From: Candidatus Latescibacterota bacterium
GTDB taxonomy: Bacteria > Latescibacterota > UBA2968
Reading direction: 5' to 3'
Length of the DNA: 64,000 nucleotides
NCBI GenBank assembly: GCA_965220765.1
Contig: OZ244847.1
Location: forward strand, 2,862,066 to 2,926,065
Part shown: positions 55,142-64,000 of the stretch, piece by piece
How the letters are laid out: the number at the start of each line of letters is the position of its first letter
Position numbering within the stretch: position 1 is the stretch's first letter
Notes under the pieces: generated by a model
The model's database searches: none
Seen by the model: the letters and a program-made list of their open reading frames with translations, nothing else
Told to the model about the DNA's origin: nothing
Position numbers and translations under genes: made by a program

Positions 55142-56830
55142 TTATCCGCGTTCTACTGTCACGTAATACGCACCGGCGAGGCGATTGCCATTCGCGTCTA
55201 TCCACCAGGTTTGCAAAGTTGTGGGACCGCTCGATAACGCCACTGTAAATGTTACGGACAGGTCATCGGGGCGCACGTCCATTTCATGTTCAGATCCTCC
55301 GATCTCCATCCACGCCCGATCTGCGGGAAGTGCTTTTCCAGCCATTAATGTACCGTCAACACCTTCCATCACGGGAGCCGGTGCTGTAATTGCGAGATTC
55401 GATTCTCGGGGCCAGCGCCGCAAGGTGATGTCGTATTTTCCGGATTGTGCAACTGCGAGTTGCCAGATACCGCTGTCCATCACACATCCGCGCACGCCAT
55501 TGGGATTATCGCAATAGACCTCCATCCAGTCGCAACTGGACAATCGCGTGGAATTTTCCTCCTCTGTCCCAATGGAAATGGGGTAGTAAATATCGAGATT
55601 TGCGCCAAGCTCATCCCACCATGCATCGTAATGCGCCCGCATCTTTTGCAAGACATCGGGGTGTTGGTCGGCGATGTTGTGTTCTTGCGCGGGATCGCTG
55701 TCGAGGTGATACAGTTCGGTATAATCCACGAGACGCCATCGATTCCACAAAACTGCGGCATTGCCTTTGCGCGTGGTTCGATTCCCCGTTGGGACATTGT
55801 GGCCGTATTGTACGACGAGCATCCGATTTTCCAATTCTTCCCGTTCGCGCAAGAGGCCGGTCAGAGAGACGCCGTCATAGGCAGTTCCTTCTGGTTCGTC
55901 GAGGCCGCAGAGGGAGATCAAGGTTGGCAAGACATCTGTACCGTGCGTGGGATCGGGTATATCGCGGGGGTCTCCCAACTGGCCTTCGGGCCATCGAATA
56001 AAAAATGGAACGCGGTGGCCGCCTTCATATAGCGTGGTTTTTTTTCCGCGCATGCCGGCGTTGTACACGGTTTCTCCGTTTGCCGTCCCATTATCGGTCA
56101 TAAAAATCAAAATGGTATTGTCGCGCAGTCCGGTTTTGCGGAGAAAGGCGTCGAGTTTGCCCATGTTTTCGTCGATATTGGCAATCATTCCGTAAAAGCT
56201 GGCGACATTATATGCGACCTGGTCGAGATAGGGCTGGCGGTATTTGTCGGGAACCCACAGCGGGGTATGGGGTGCGTTCGTGGCGATGTACGCAAAAAAC
56301 GGCGTGTCGCCCAGTTCTTCGATCCAGCTCATGGCTTCGTCAAACCACACATCTGTGCAATACCCTTCAAAAGCCTCAATTGTTCCATTGTGCCGATAGT
56401 GGTCGTCGAAATAATCATTTCCAAAATAATCTGCAGCGGATGTAATTCCCCAGGCGGGATGGTGAATTGTTTCGTGAAATCCCCGATCCTGTGGGCGGTA
56501 GGGATAATTGTCGCCGAGGTGCCATTTGCCAAAATGTCCCGTGCGGTAGCCATTCATGCCGAAAATATCCGACATGGTCGGCAATTCGGGATTTATCAAT
56601 GATCGTCCCATGCACACAAATGTGGCGCCATTGCGAAGTGCGTCCTGGCCTGTCAGCAATTCGCCGCGCGTTGGTGTACACATGGGCGCAACGTGGAAAT
56701 CTGTGAATTGGATGCTCTCGTCGTGTAATGCGTCCAAATTTGGCGTTTTTATGATCGGATTGCCATGGCAAGAGAGATCGCCATAGCCCTGGTCGTCGGT
56801 GAGCACAAAAATTACATTGGGTTTGTCCAT
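55142..56830 (-). CDS. Cys-type arylsulfatase with C-terminal beta-sandwich-like extension, no signal peptide
   Basis: It begins MDKPNVIFVLTDDQGYGD. The CxPxR motif is CTPTR, followed by ELLTG. Also present are GKWHLG and TDNG. Confidence 0.9.
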   Translation of the reverse strand: MDKPNVIFVLTDDQGYGDLSCHGNPIIKTPNLDALHDESIQFTDFHVAPMCTPTRGELLTGQDALRNGATFVCMGRSLINPELPTMSDIFGMNGYRTGHFGKWHLGDNYPYRPQDRGFHETIHHPAWGITSAADYFGNDYFDDHYRHNGTIEAFEGYCTDVWFDEAMSWIEELGDTPFFAYIATNAPHTPLWVPDKYRQPYLDQVAYNVASFYGMIANIDENMGKLDAFLRKTGLRDNTILIFMTDNGTANGETVYNAGMRGKKTTLYEGGHRVPFFIRWPEGQLGDPRDIPDPTHGTDVLPTLISLCGLDEPEGTAYDGVSLTGLLREREELENRMLVVQYGHNVPTGNRTTRKGNAAVLWNRWRLVDYTELYHLDSDPAQEHNIADQHPDVLQKMRAHYDAWWDELGANLDIYYPISIGTEEENSTRLSSCDWMEVYCDNPNGVRGCVMDSGIWQLAVAQSGKYDITLRRWPRESNLAITAPAPVMEGVDGTLMAGKALPADRAWMEIGGSEHEMDVRPDDLSVTFTVALSSGPTTLQTWWIDANGNRLAGAYYVTVERG

Positions 56831-56846
56831 ATCTTCTCCAGAAATA

Positions 56847-57860
56847 TCATTTGTTTTGAAAAAACGCGCGGTTAATGGTGAAAGATTTGGCGACGAGATC
56901 TACCCGTCTCAAAATGGGGGCCTTTTTTTTATTGGGCGCATAAAGTCCCATGTCGATAAAAAAGAATCGGTTGAGATCGATATCGACAAAAGCATAGCTC
57001 TTAAAAGGTCCGCCTTTCCACTCGGCCTCATTTTCCCAAAGGCCCTGAAGTACTACGGCGAGTTTGCCCGCAAATTCGACCTGACCAACGGTAACTTCGC
57101 CGAGTACGATGCGGTCTCCACCAAACCACTGCCCCATGATGTCATCTCGCTTCTGAATAACCCAGTCTTCGGTGAGTTGATCGGGGTGTACATTATCTTC
57201 CCAATAGACGGAAAGCCAGCGGTTGGGATTGTCTCTGGCAAGCACGACAAAGTTGGGATAGGTCTCGAGGATGCGGTAGCCAAAGGGCACCCGCACATTC
57301 CACCCGTAGGTTTCGGCGAGTTCCTGGGTGACATTTTTTCGCTCGCCAAAGCTGTAAACATTTTCTCGCACACTGTGATCAACGGCATCTTCCAGAGTGC
57401 TATACAAGCGATCGGATTCCATAAAGAGGTTTTCAACGGTGGTTTCTATATCTTTGCCGGACACGATATAAAGGGTTTGATCTCTGGCCCACACGTTTTT
57501 TTTCCAGGTTACACCTGCGCGACTGTCCAAAATGGTTTGTTGTACTTCGGGACTGAGTATCTCTTTGATGAATTGCGCGGTGAGATGGTTGGCATTGAGG
57601 GGCGCGATAACCATGAGGCTTTTGCGCTGATCGTGTTTGTGCGCGCTGAGGAAATTGACATCGCCCCATTCAATTTCATAAACGCGTTCGGCCTGGGGCG
57701 TATAGATAACGGTTTCAAAAATTTCGCGGAGGGGGTCTTCCAGCGTTTCCCAATCGGTTGAATCGGCCAGTACAATGATTTTGCGGGCGGGTCCGAGGGA
57801 TTCGGGCAAGTGGTCACCACATCCGATGCACAAGAGTAAGAAAAATAGAAAAATGCGCAT
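56847..57860 (-). CDS. Probable lipoprotein (DUF4837-like)
   Basis: N-terminus MRIFLFFLLLCIGCG. The body resembles DUF4837 proteins as I recall them (IIVLADSTDWE...IFETVIYTPQAE). It was chosen over the antisense 320-aa ORF on signal peptide, composition and strand context. Confidence 0.65.
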   Translation of the reverse strand: MRIFLFFLLLCIGCGDHLPESLGPARKIIVLADSTDWETLEDPLREIFETVIYTPQAERVYEIEWGDVNFLSAHKHDQRKSLMVIAPLNANHLTAQFIKEILSPEVQQTILDSRAGVTWKKNVWARDQTLYIVSGKDIETTVENLFMESDRLYSTLEDAVDHSVRENVYSFGERKNVTQELAETYGWNVRVPFGYRILETYPNFVVLARDNPNRWLSVYWEDNVHPDQLTEDWVIQKRDDIMGQWFGGDRIVLGEVTVGQVEFAGKLAVVLQGLWENEAEWKGGPFKSYAFVDIDLNRFFFIDMGLYAPNKKKAPILRRVDLVAKSFTINRAFFQNK

Positions 57861-57940
57861 AATGGTACCAAAAAAGAGGTGATTGGGAATAAGAAAAAAT
57901 AAAGATAACAGGATTTAGAGAGAGAAACAATGTTCAAGTT

Positions 57941-59056
57941 TTATTCAATATAAAGCCGAGGGAGACGTGCGCCGAGCAGAGAAACAACTTCATGTGAGAT
58001 ATAATTTCCCCATAGGGCGAGGTCGTTCACGGTAATTTCTCGGTCGCCCTGTTTCCCGAGCAGGACGACTTCATCTCCGACGGAAACAGGTGGTATATCG
58101 GTGACATCGATCATGATGGCGTCCATGCAGATCGCACCGACAACCGGACAGGGTTTTCCGCAGATGAGGACGTGGGATTTATTGGACATCTGACGGTTGT
58201 ATCCGTCGGCATATCCCAGGGGTGCGAGGGCGATGCGAGAAGGGCGCGTGAGCGTGTATGTGCCGCCGTAACTGAGGGTTTGACCGGTAGAAAAATTTCG
58301 CACTTGTGCGATCCGCGCTTTGATAGATAGCGCGGGAGAAAGTGAGAGTGGGCCTGCACCTTGCGTGGGGGAAATGCCATAGGTGAGCAATCCCACGCGC
58401 ACGAGATCAAAGTGCGATTCTGGCATGTGAACGGTCATGACGCTGTTGGCGGCGTGGCGATAGGGAACAGAAATGTCTGTGAGTTTGGACAGACATGCGG
58501 CAAATATTTTGATCTGATGACGGGCCTTGTCCATGTCTTCTGTGCGTTCCCAGGCCGCATGTGTTGCGATACCCTCGAAGAATAAGTGGGGATTCTGGGC
58601 GATTTTTTTGGCAAAGTCGAGTACCTCATCGGATGATAGGCCAAGGCGCCCCATGCCGGTATCGACTTTGAGATGTATGCATGCGCGTGTATTATAGCGT
58701 TTGGCTGCGGCTTCTATGGGGGGTATTGCAGCGGGATGACCGATGGTTTGAGACAGGTTGTGGGCAACAAGGCTGTCGGCCTGTTCGGGCATGGTGGGGA
58801 TGAGTACGACAACAGGTGCTGTGATACCCGCATTGCGAAGGGCAATGCCTTCTTGTAGCAGTGCAACGCCGAGTGCAGCCGCGCCGCCTTTTATAGCTGC
58901 TTTAGCAGCGGGTATGAGGCCATGACCATAGGCGTTGGCTTTGACAATGGCCATAACTTGCGTTGTTGGCGAAACAAAATGACGGACTGCAGAAATATTG
59001 TCCGCAATGGCTGATAGATCGATTTCGAGCCATGCGGGTCGGTCGGGTTTGGGCAT
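57941..59056 (-). CDS. alr: Alanine racemase
   Basis: The PLP-Lys motif AIVKANAYGHG is present, together with a C-terminal beta domain. The start abuts the sbcC stop. Confidence 0.95.
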   Translation of the reverse strand: MPKPDRPAWLEIDLSAIADNISAVRHFVSPTTQVMAIVKANAYGHGLIPAAKAAIKGGAAALGVALLQEGIALRNAGITAPVVVLIPTMPEQADSLVAHNLSQTIGHPAAIPPIEAAAKRYNTRACIHLKVDTGMGRLGLSSDEVLDFAKKIAQNPHLFFEGIATHAAWERTEDMDKARHQIKIFAACLSKLTDISVPYRHAANSVMTVHMPESHFDLVRVGLLTYGISPTQGAGPLSLSPALSIKARIAQVRNFSTGQTLSYGGTYTLTRPSRIALAPLGYADGYNRQMSNKSHVLICGKPCPVVGAICMDAIMIDVTDIPPVSVGDEVVLLGKQGDREITVNDLALWGNYISHEVVSLLGARLPRLYIE

Positions 59057-62000
59057 TTAGTAGAGTACCTCAAAGCGCGATCCCAGATCGGGATATTTGG
59101 TGACTTCGATGCGTACGGGAAATGCCTGTTTGAGCGATTCGACGTGAGTGATGATTAAAATTTTTTCAAAATCTCCGCTGATGGCTTGAATAGCTTCTAC
59201 GAGGTGGTCGAGTCCTTCGGCATCCTGGGTGCCAAAGCCCTCGTCGATGACCAGGGTCCGCAGGCGCGTGCCCGTGCGACGGGCGAGGAGTTTGGACAGG
59301 GCAATGCGGATAGAAAAGTCAATGCGAAAGGCTTCTCCGCCCGAATAGAGTTCGTAGCTGCGTTCGCCGAGTTCGTCGCTAATTTTGATGTCGAGGGTTT
59401 CGCGCGTTCCCCCGGTTTTGAGATCGCGTAGAGATTCCAGGGCGATTTGGGTGCGATTATCTGTCAGGCGTGCGAGAATGCGATTGGCTTCTTCTTCGAT
59501 TTCTGGAATGGCCTGTTCGATGATGAGTGCCTGAATGCCGTTTTTGCCAAATGCGGTGGTCAGTTCGCGATAGATGCGGATCTCGCGCTCGCAGGATTTG
59601 ATTTTCTCCTCGACAATGTTTTGTTCTGCGCTGAGTGCGTCGCAGTGTTCGATTTGGGATTGCAGGGCGGCATTTTTTTGGAGCAGGCCATCGCGTTGGG
59701 CGCGCATCTGTGCGATATTTTTTTCCAGCGCATTGGCTTCTTCGAGGGTTGACTCGGTGCTGTTGATGGCTACCGCGATTTCTGACAGGCGATTTTGCGT
59801 TTGTTCGTTGTGCTCTGTGAGTTCTGTCAGGCGATTTTCTGCAGTTTTGAGTTGCGTTTGTGCATTTTCAAGGTCGCGTTCGGCCACTTGAAGGCGTTCG
59901 TATTGCGCTGGCGCATCTCGCAGGGCAGCGAGTTGCTCGGAGATGCGCTGGTGGTGTTCGGCATTGTAATTCAGGGTGTGGATACGCTGGTGTACCTGTT
60001 CGCGTTCTGCTTGTTCGTTGAGTGCGTATTTGGCTTCGTCCAGCCATTGTTGTGCGAGGTCGCGTTTTTCTCGAAACGAGGGCAATTCCGCGAGGATTTT
60101 TTCTTTTCGTTCTTCGGCGAGTTGGAGTTGGGCATTTTGTGCCTCAACAGAGTCGAGTTCTTTGAGTTTTTCGCGCAGGGTGCGGTGTTCAGCCGGGTTA
60201 TAGGTCAAGTTTTCAAGCGCACTGCGGGCCTGGTATAGGGCGCGCGCATCCGGGCTGTTCTGGGTTTGTTCGCGCAATTGGTTTTTCAGGGCGTTGATTT
60301 CAGCCGACAATGTCTCGCGGGTTTGTACGGCGTTTTCGGCTTCTTTTATTGCGGCTTCGGCTTCGGCGAGGTGTTGGGCGACGCCTTCGCTCTGTGCGAG
60401 TTGGTTTTTAATCTCTTGATAGCGATGTCTGTGTTGTTCGCGTTCTGCTTCGGATTTTTGAATATCCGATTCCAATTGCGCTGTCTGTATCTGTTGCTCT
60501 TGCAACTGCTTTGAGAGTTTAGCTGTTACTTCTTCGCGATGGGTCTGATCGAGTTCGCTACCACACAGGGGACACGAAGCATCCTGAACATTTTGCAAAA
60601 TTTGCTGCTGTTGGGCGATGTCTTTGTGGGTTTGGCGCAGGGTGTCGAGGCGCTCCCTGTTGTTTTCGATCTGAATTTTGAGGGTGCTGCCTTTGTTGCG
60701 AATCTCATCGCGTTCGGTTTCGAGGAATTGGATTTCCTCTGCTTGTGCATGGAGAGATTGTCGCGTTTTTCTGCGCGCTTCAATCTCGGCTACCAGCACA
60801 TCGGTCTGCTGTTTGTGATGTGTGCGGGTGTTAATATCTACTTTTAGATTTTCAACGACGCTGTCTATTTGTCGCTCCAGGTCTCGAATATTGCGCTCAA
60901 CGCGCTCCCGATTTTCGCGTATGTCTTCCCATTCGCGGTCCTGTTGCCTGGCTTTGTGCAATGCTTCGAGCTGTATTTGAATGGCTTGACGGTCAGAGAG
61001 AAGTGCTTCTGTTTCTCGCAATGCGCGTTCGGCGTCTCCAATGCGTATTTGCCATTCGCCGAGGCGGCGTTCCACTTCGTGGCGACGATCGGCGATTTTT
61101 TGATCGAGTTCTCCTGCGCGTTTTTCAAGTGGTCTCAGGGCGTGTAGTTTTGTCTGCAGGTCTGTGTCTTCTTTTTGGAGTGTCCGATATTTTTCAGCGG
61201 CATTTGTGATTTCGGCGCGTCTGTCGAGAATTTCGCGATAGGTCGCCACATCTCGCCTTGCTTTTTCACATGCGGTTTGCTGTTCCACCAGATCCGATTC
61301 GGTGCGTGATACGTTCTTTTCAAGGGTCTCGCGTTCGGCTTCATGGCGTTCGCGTTGGGTGCGTATTTTTCGCAGTACTTCGCGGCGTTTTTCCGCGTTT
61401 TCCAATTCGCTATTGCAGGCATGGAGTTGTGTGTTGACGCTATCGCGCTGCGCTATAAATTCATCGCGTTTTTCTATGGTTTGCGCCATGTCATCTCTTT
61501 TTGCACGAGCAGTTGCAAGTTCTATATCTCCTTTGCGCGCGTGCTCTCGCGCAAGGGCAGACAGGTCGTCGTAATGCGATAGGCCGAGAATGTCCGAGAG
61601 AAGGGCTTTTCGCTGGCTCGCTTTGCAGCGCGTAAATTCATCTGCGCGCCCCTGAAGCAAAAAGGCCGAGTTGATAAAGGTCTCATAAGTCATTCTCAAC
61701 AGGGTATCGATACTGGCCTGTGTCTGGCGCACAGCGCTTTCTTCCGAGAGGGTTTTGTATGCGTTCGTTTCCGGAGAGTAAATCTGAAATTCCAGGCGAG
61801 TGGTCGCGCTTTTGCCTGTTTTGCGAAAGCTGCGGCTGATGCGATAGCGGTCATTTTCGAGGGAAAATTCAAAATCGACCCGCATTTCAGTGGCGCCAAT
61901 TCGCAACAGACCGTCGTTGGGACGACGATCACTGCCGGATTTGCGGGCTTCTCCCCACAGTGCCCAGGTGATGGCGTCGAGCAGGGCAGATTTGCCGTGC

Positions 62001-62107
62001 CCATTGCGGCCAGATATGCAGGCGACGTGAAAGCTCGAAAAGTCGAGGGGAGGCACGTTTTCACCGTAGCTGAGAAAGTTCTGTAGGGAAAGGCTTATGG
62101 GTATCAT
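59057..62107 (-). CDS. sbcC: SbcC/Rad50-type ATPase (exonuclease SbcCD, C subunit)
   Basis: Walker A GRNGHGKSALLDAI, a long coiled coil, a Zn hook CPLCG at mid-length, signature YSGGEAF and Walker B LVIDEGFG. Confidence 0.9.
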   Translation of the reverse strand: MIPISLSLQNFLSYGENVPPLDFSSFHVACISGRNGHGKSALLDAITWALWGEARKSGSDRRPNDGLLRIGATEMRVDFEFSLENDRYRISRSFRKTGKSATTRLEFQIYSPETNAYKTLSEESAVRQTQASIDTLLRMTYETFINSAFLLQGRADEFTRCKASQRKALLSDILGLSHYDDLSALAREHARKGDIELATARAKRDDMAQTIEKRDEFIAQRDSVNTQLHACNSELENAEKRREVLRKIRTQRERHEAERETLEKNVSRTESDLVEQQTACEKARRDVATYREILDRRAEITNAAEKYRTLQKEDTDLQTKLHALRPLEKRAGELDQKIADRRHEVERRLGEWQIRIGDAERALRETEALLSDRQAIQIQLEALHKARQQDREWEDIRENRERVERNIRDLERQIDSVVENLKVDINTRTHHKQQTDVLVAEIEARRKTRQSLHAQAEEIQFLETERDEIRNKGSTLKIQIENNRERLDTLRQTHKDIAQQQQILQNVQDASCPLCGSELDQTHREEVTAKLSKQLQEQQIQTAQLESDIQKSEAEREQHRHRYQEIKNQLAQSEGVAQHLAEAEAAIKEAENAVQTRETLSAEINALKNQLREQTQNSPDARALYQARSALENLTYNPAEHRTLREKLKELDSVEAQNAQLQLAEERKEKILAELPSFREKRDLAQQWLDEAKYALNEQAEREQVHQRIHTLNYNAEHHQRISEQLAALRDAPAQYERLQVAERDLENAQTQLKTAENRLTELTEHNEQTQNRLSEIAVAINSTESTLEEANALEKNIAQMRAQRDGLLQKNAALQSQIEHCDALSAEQNIVEEKIKSCEREIRIYRELTTAFGKNGIQALIIEQAIPEIEEEANRILARLTDNRTQIALESLRDLKTGGTRETLDIKISDELGERSYELYSGGEAFRIDFSIRIALSKLLARRTGTRLRTLVIDEGFGTQDAEGLDHLVEAIQAISGDFEKILIITHVESLKQAFPVRIEVTKYPDLGSRFEVLY

Positions 62108-63345
62108 TCGCTACCTCTGAGTTCGGCTTCGAGTTGCGCGCCGTAATTCTGCAGGTCTTTTTCGATATCTTTGAGGTCGGGGTGATTTTGCAAATATGCG
62201 TGGAGTGCGTCTTTTATACCCATATCTTCTGATATGCTGGATCTGCGCTGCTGTTTTTGGACTCTGGGCCTGGGTGCAATGCTGGCGATCATGAACGCAT
62301 CTTCGAGCGCGTTTTTGACGGCTTTGAGGTCAACGGTATCTGTGCGGTCGCCGGGCAAATCGTAGATGACGCGCACAATGGCATCGGTCAGGGTGTGTTT
62401 GCCAATGGCTTCGAGCATGGTTGTCGTGGGGTCCTGATCCGGGGCAATGTCAACTGATATTGTGCAAAAGGGGCGAGCCGGTGTGCGTACAAATTTGTAA
62501 GATGTCGTCCGTTCTGTCTCCCGAGTCTCTATTGTGACGATGACGACGCCTTTGGTTTCTCGTTCTTCGCCAAAATCAATGCGTTCAATGCTGCCGGAAT
62601 ACACAACAGGGGGCTGGGCATTGGGGTTGAGGTCCTGAAATTTGTGAATGTGGCCCAGGGCGACGTAGTCAAAGGCGGGATTGGCGAGTGTGCTGGTGAG
62701 AAAAACGGGATCGCGCCCAATTATCGCGGTTTGTTCAGATCCGGACAAGGTGGCGTCGGCAGCGGCGAGATGGCCCACGAGAACGGCGGGGTTATCGGGA
62801 TTGACCTCTGCGACCAGGCGGTCAATCAGGAGGGCTCCCAGGTCTTGAAGTTTTTCGACGACTTCTTCTTGCGACAGGTTGTGATAGGTGCCCTGGGTCA
62901 ACAGGCGGCTTCGGTGTAGCCAGGGCAAGCAGGCAACCTGAATGGGACCAGATTTTGTGTCAATGGGTATGAGGCGGTCTTCAGTGGCAATGTGGACGCC
63001 TTTTGTGCCCAGTGTGCCAAAGATGTCAACAGACGAGGCTTTGCCATAGGATACAGGGCTATCGTGGTTACCCGTGATCATGACGATGGGAATGTCGCGG
63101 GCACTGAGCATGTGAATGAGAGATGCAAATTCGCGCTGGTGCGTGGGCGTGGGATCGCATGAGCGATAAGCATCACCGGCAAATATGACGAGATTGACCT
63201 CTTCTTTTATGGCTTCTTCAAACGCAAATCGCAGACTTTTGATAAAGTCTTGCAAGCGCGTGTGAAGGCCCGTAGCCGAATCGAGACGGCCGTAGTTTTC
63301 AACGCCAACATGGGTGTCGGCAACGTGTAGAAATTTGATAGACAT
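62104..63345 (-). CDS. sbcD: SbcD/Mre11-type nuclease (exonuclease SbcCD, D subunit)
   Basis: Phosphoesterase motifs HVADTHVG, AGDAY, GNHD and GHL. The stop overlaps the sbcC start (ATGA). Confidence 0.9.
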   Translation of the reverse strand: MSIKFLHVADTHVGVENYGRLDSATGLHTRLQDFIKSLRFAFEEAIKEEVNLVIFAGDAYRSCDPTPTHQREFASLIHMLSARDIPIVMITGNHDSPVSYGKASSVDIFGTLGTKGVHIATEDRLIPIDTKSGPIQVACLPWLHRSRLLTQGTYHNLSQEEVVEKLQDLGALLIDRLVAEVNPDNPAVLVGHLAAADATLSGSEQTAIIGRDPVFLTSTLANPAFDYVALGHIHKFQDLNPNAQPPVVYSGSIERIDFGEERETKGVVIVTIETRETERTTSYKFVRTPARPFCTISVDIAPDQDPTTTMLEAIGKHTLTDAIVRVIYDLPGDRTDTVDLKAVKNALEDAFMIASIAPRPRVQKQQRRSSISEDMGIKDALHAYLQNHPDLKDIEKDLQNYGAQLEAELRGSE

Positions 63346-63429
63346 GGTAGAAAGGTTGTTATGGGGAGGGAGAGGATAGGAGAAATTTAAAGAAGAAATA
63401 AGAACGTGGAAAGTGCAAAGTTTACACAG

Positions 63430-64000
63430 TTATGGGATTACTTCTGGCGTGAGTTTTACTTTAACCTGAAGAGTTGTAACATCTGTGAAGTTTATCGCCA
63501 GTTTTCTGCGTCCCGTGTTATCGGCTTGTTTGGGATTTGGGGAGGTGGGCAAGGGAACTGCGTCGAGGACTGTGAATATTGCGTCGGATGGCGATAAAAT
63601 TTCCGCTTTGAGGTGTTTGCCCCTGCGCGTTAGAAGGGCGGTTTTGCCGTCGAGTTTGATACTGGCTCTCGTGTGCATAAACCACCAGAGTTCAGACGGA
63701 GATTTGGCTTTTATGTCGTCGGTGATTACGACATGGTTTTGATCAATTATCTCAAAGGTGCGCTGGGCGTGCGTTGCATCATCGGCATAAACATCGGTGA
63801 GGTCGAGAACAGCAGTCGCCTGATTGGGCGCAGCGTTGAAGGTCGTGATGGGACATTCGGCTTTGGGGTTCTGATCCGGACCATTGCCAGGGTTGAAGAC
63901 GAGGGTGTTGTGCCCTTCGGCGCGGATGCGATAAAATTCCCACCGTTGGCGTTTGTTGCGATGGGTCTGATAGGTTTCGCGTTCTGTACCCGAGTCGATA
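63430..64000 (-). CDS. Heparinase II/III-like protein, C-terminal part only (gene continues beyond the window)
   Basis: The minus-strand frame is open from the window edge: ...RNKRQRWEFYRIRAEGHNTLVFNPGNGPDQNP...WWFMHTRASIKLDGKTALL.... The GHNTL motif is typical of the heparinase II/III C-terminal domain. Confidence 0.7.
   Translation of the reverse strand, partial: IDSGTERETYQTHRNKRQRWEFYRIRAEGHNTLVFNPGNGPDQNPKAECPITTFNAAPNQATAVLDLTDVYADDATHAQRTFEIIDQNHVVITDDIKAKSPSELWWFMHTRASIKLDGKTALLTRRGKHLKAEILSPSDAIFTVLDAVPLPTSPNPKQADNTGRRKLAINFTDVTTLQVKVKLTPEVIP

Noticed and set aside
56799-57761. A 320-aa plus-strand ORF opposite the lipoprotein gene.
   Set aside because: The minus-strand ORF has a lipoprotein-type N-terminus, ordinary composition and fits the 16-kb minus-strand run. 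The plus-strand translation is Gly/Phe/Ile-rich without motifs and would overlap the sulfatase gene end.
59186-62064. Many 60-150-aa ORFs on both strands within the sbcC region.
   Set aside because: They are by-products of the repetitive Glu/Gln/Arg/Leu-rich coiled-coil coding sequence. SbcC itself has intact Walker A, Zn hook, signature and Walker B motifs across the full 1016 aa.

Overview
64-kb window from an unidentified bacterium. It looks mid-GC by eye. The gene content (many sulfatases, PQQ-type propellers, PhyH dioxygenases, TRAP/TonB uptake) resembles marine PVC/FCB-like lineages, but the taxon cannot be fixed from sequence alone. Coding is dense: about 50 protein genes, one tRNA-Ala(GGC), one intact IS982-family element, no rRNA and no CRISPR array. 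Six blocks stand out. (i) 1-25.7 kb is a plus-strand cluster. Six exported PQQ-like beta-propeller paralogues are interleaved with two PaaK/LuxE-like adenylating enzymes, an ALDH-superfamily protein, an Fe-ADH, a HemN-type radical SAM enzyme, a TonB-dependent receptor, a flavoprotein with halogenase motifs, a GT4, a hotdog thioesterase and a MacB-type ABC exporter. An antisense DUF4143 ATPase gene splits the cluster. The 13 genes at 5522-22707 look like one operon and are my best candidate for an undescribed system. (ii) 25.8-35 kb holds a TAXI-TRAP transporter, a heparinase II/III-like enzyme, an enolase-superfamily dehydratase, a sulfatase and rhaA. All the enzymes lack signal peptides, which suggests cytoplasmic catabolism of a sulfated rhamnose-containing glycan. 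(iii) 35-40 kb is a minus-strand operon of two PhyH dioxygenases (one apparently HxS instead of HxD), a metallophosphoesterase fusion, a ferredoxin:thioredoxin-reductase-catalytic-subunit-like protein and a frameshifted sugar-phosphate isomerase. (iv) 40.1-43 kb is a visibly AT-richer islet with an orphan gene, a gene remnant, the IS982 element (inverted repeats and target duplication visible) and a PEGA-like exported protein. (v) 43-47.5 kb holds a sulfatase, an aldo/keto reductase and a large polytopic membrane protein. (vi) 47.5-64 kb is a 16-kb minus-strand run: a p52/Tfb2-like helicase-associated protein, a DUF4926 gene and a degraded DUF6883 gene next to the tRNA, ligA, a UbiA prenyltransferase, an XPB-type helicase, a sulfatase, a lipoprotein, alr, sbcCD and a partial heparinase-like gene. 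All family names come from motifs I recognise by eye; no database search was run.
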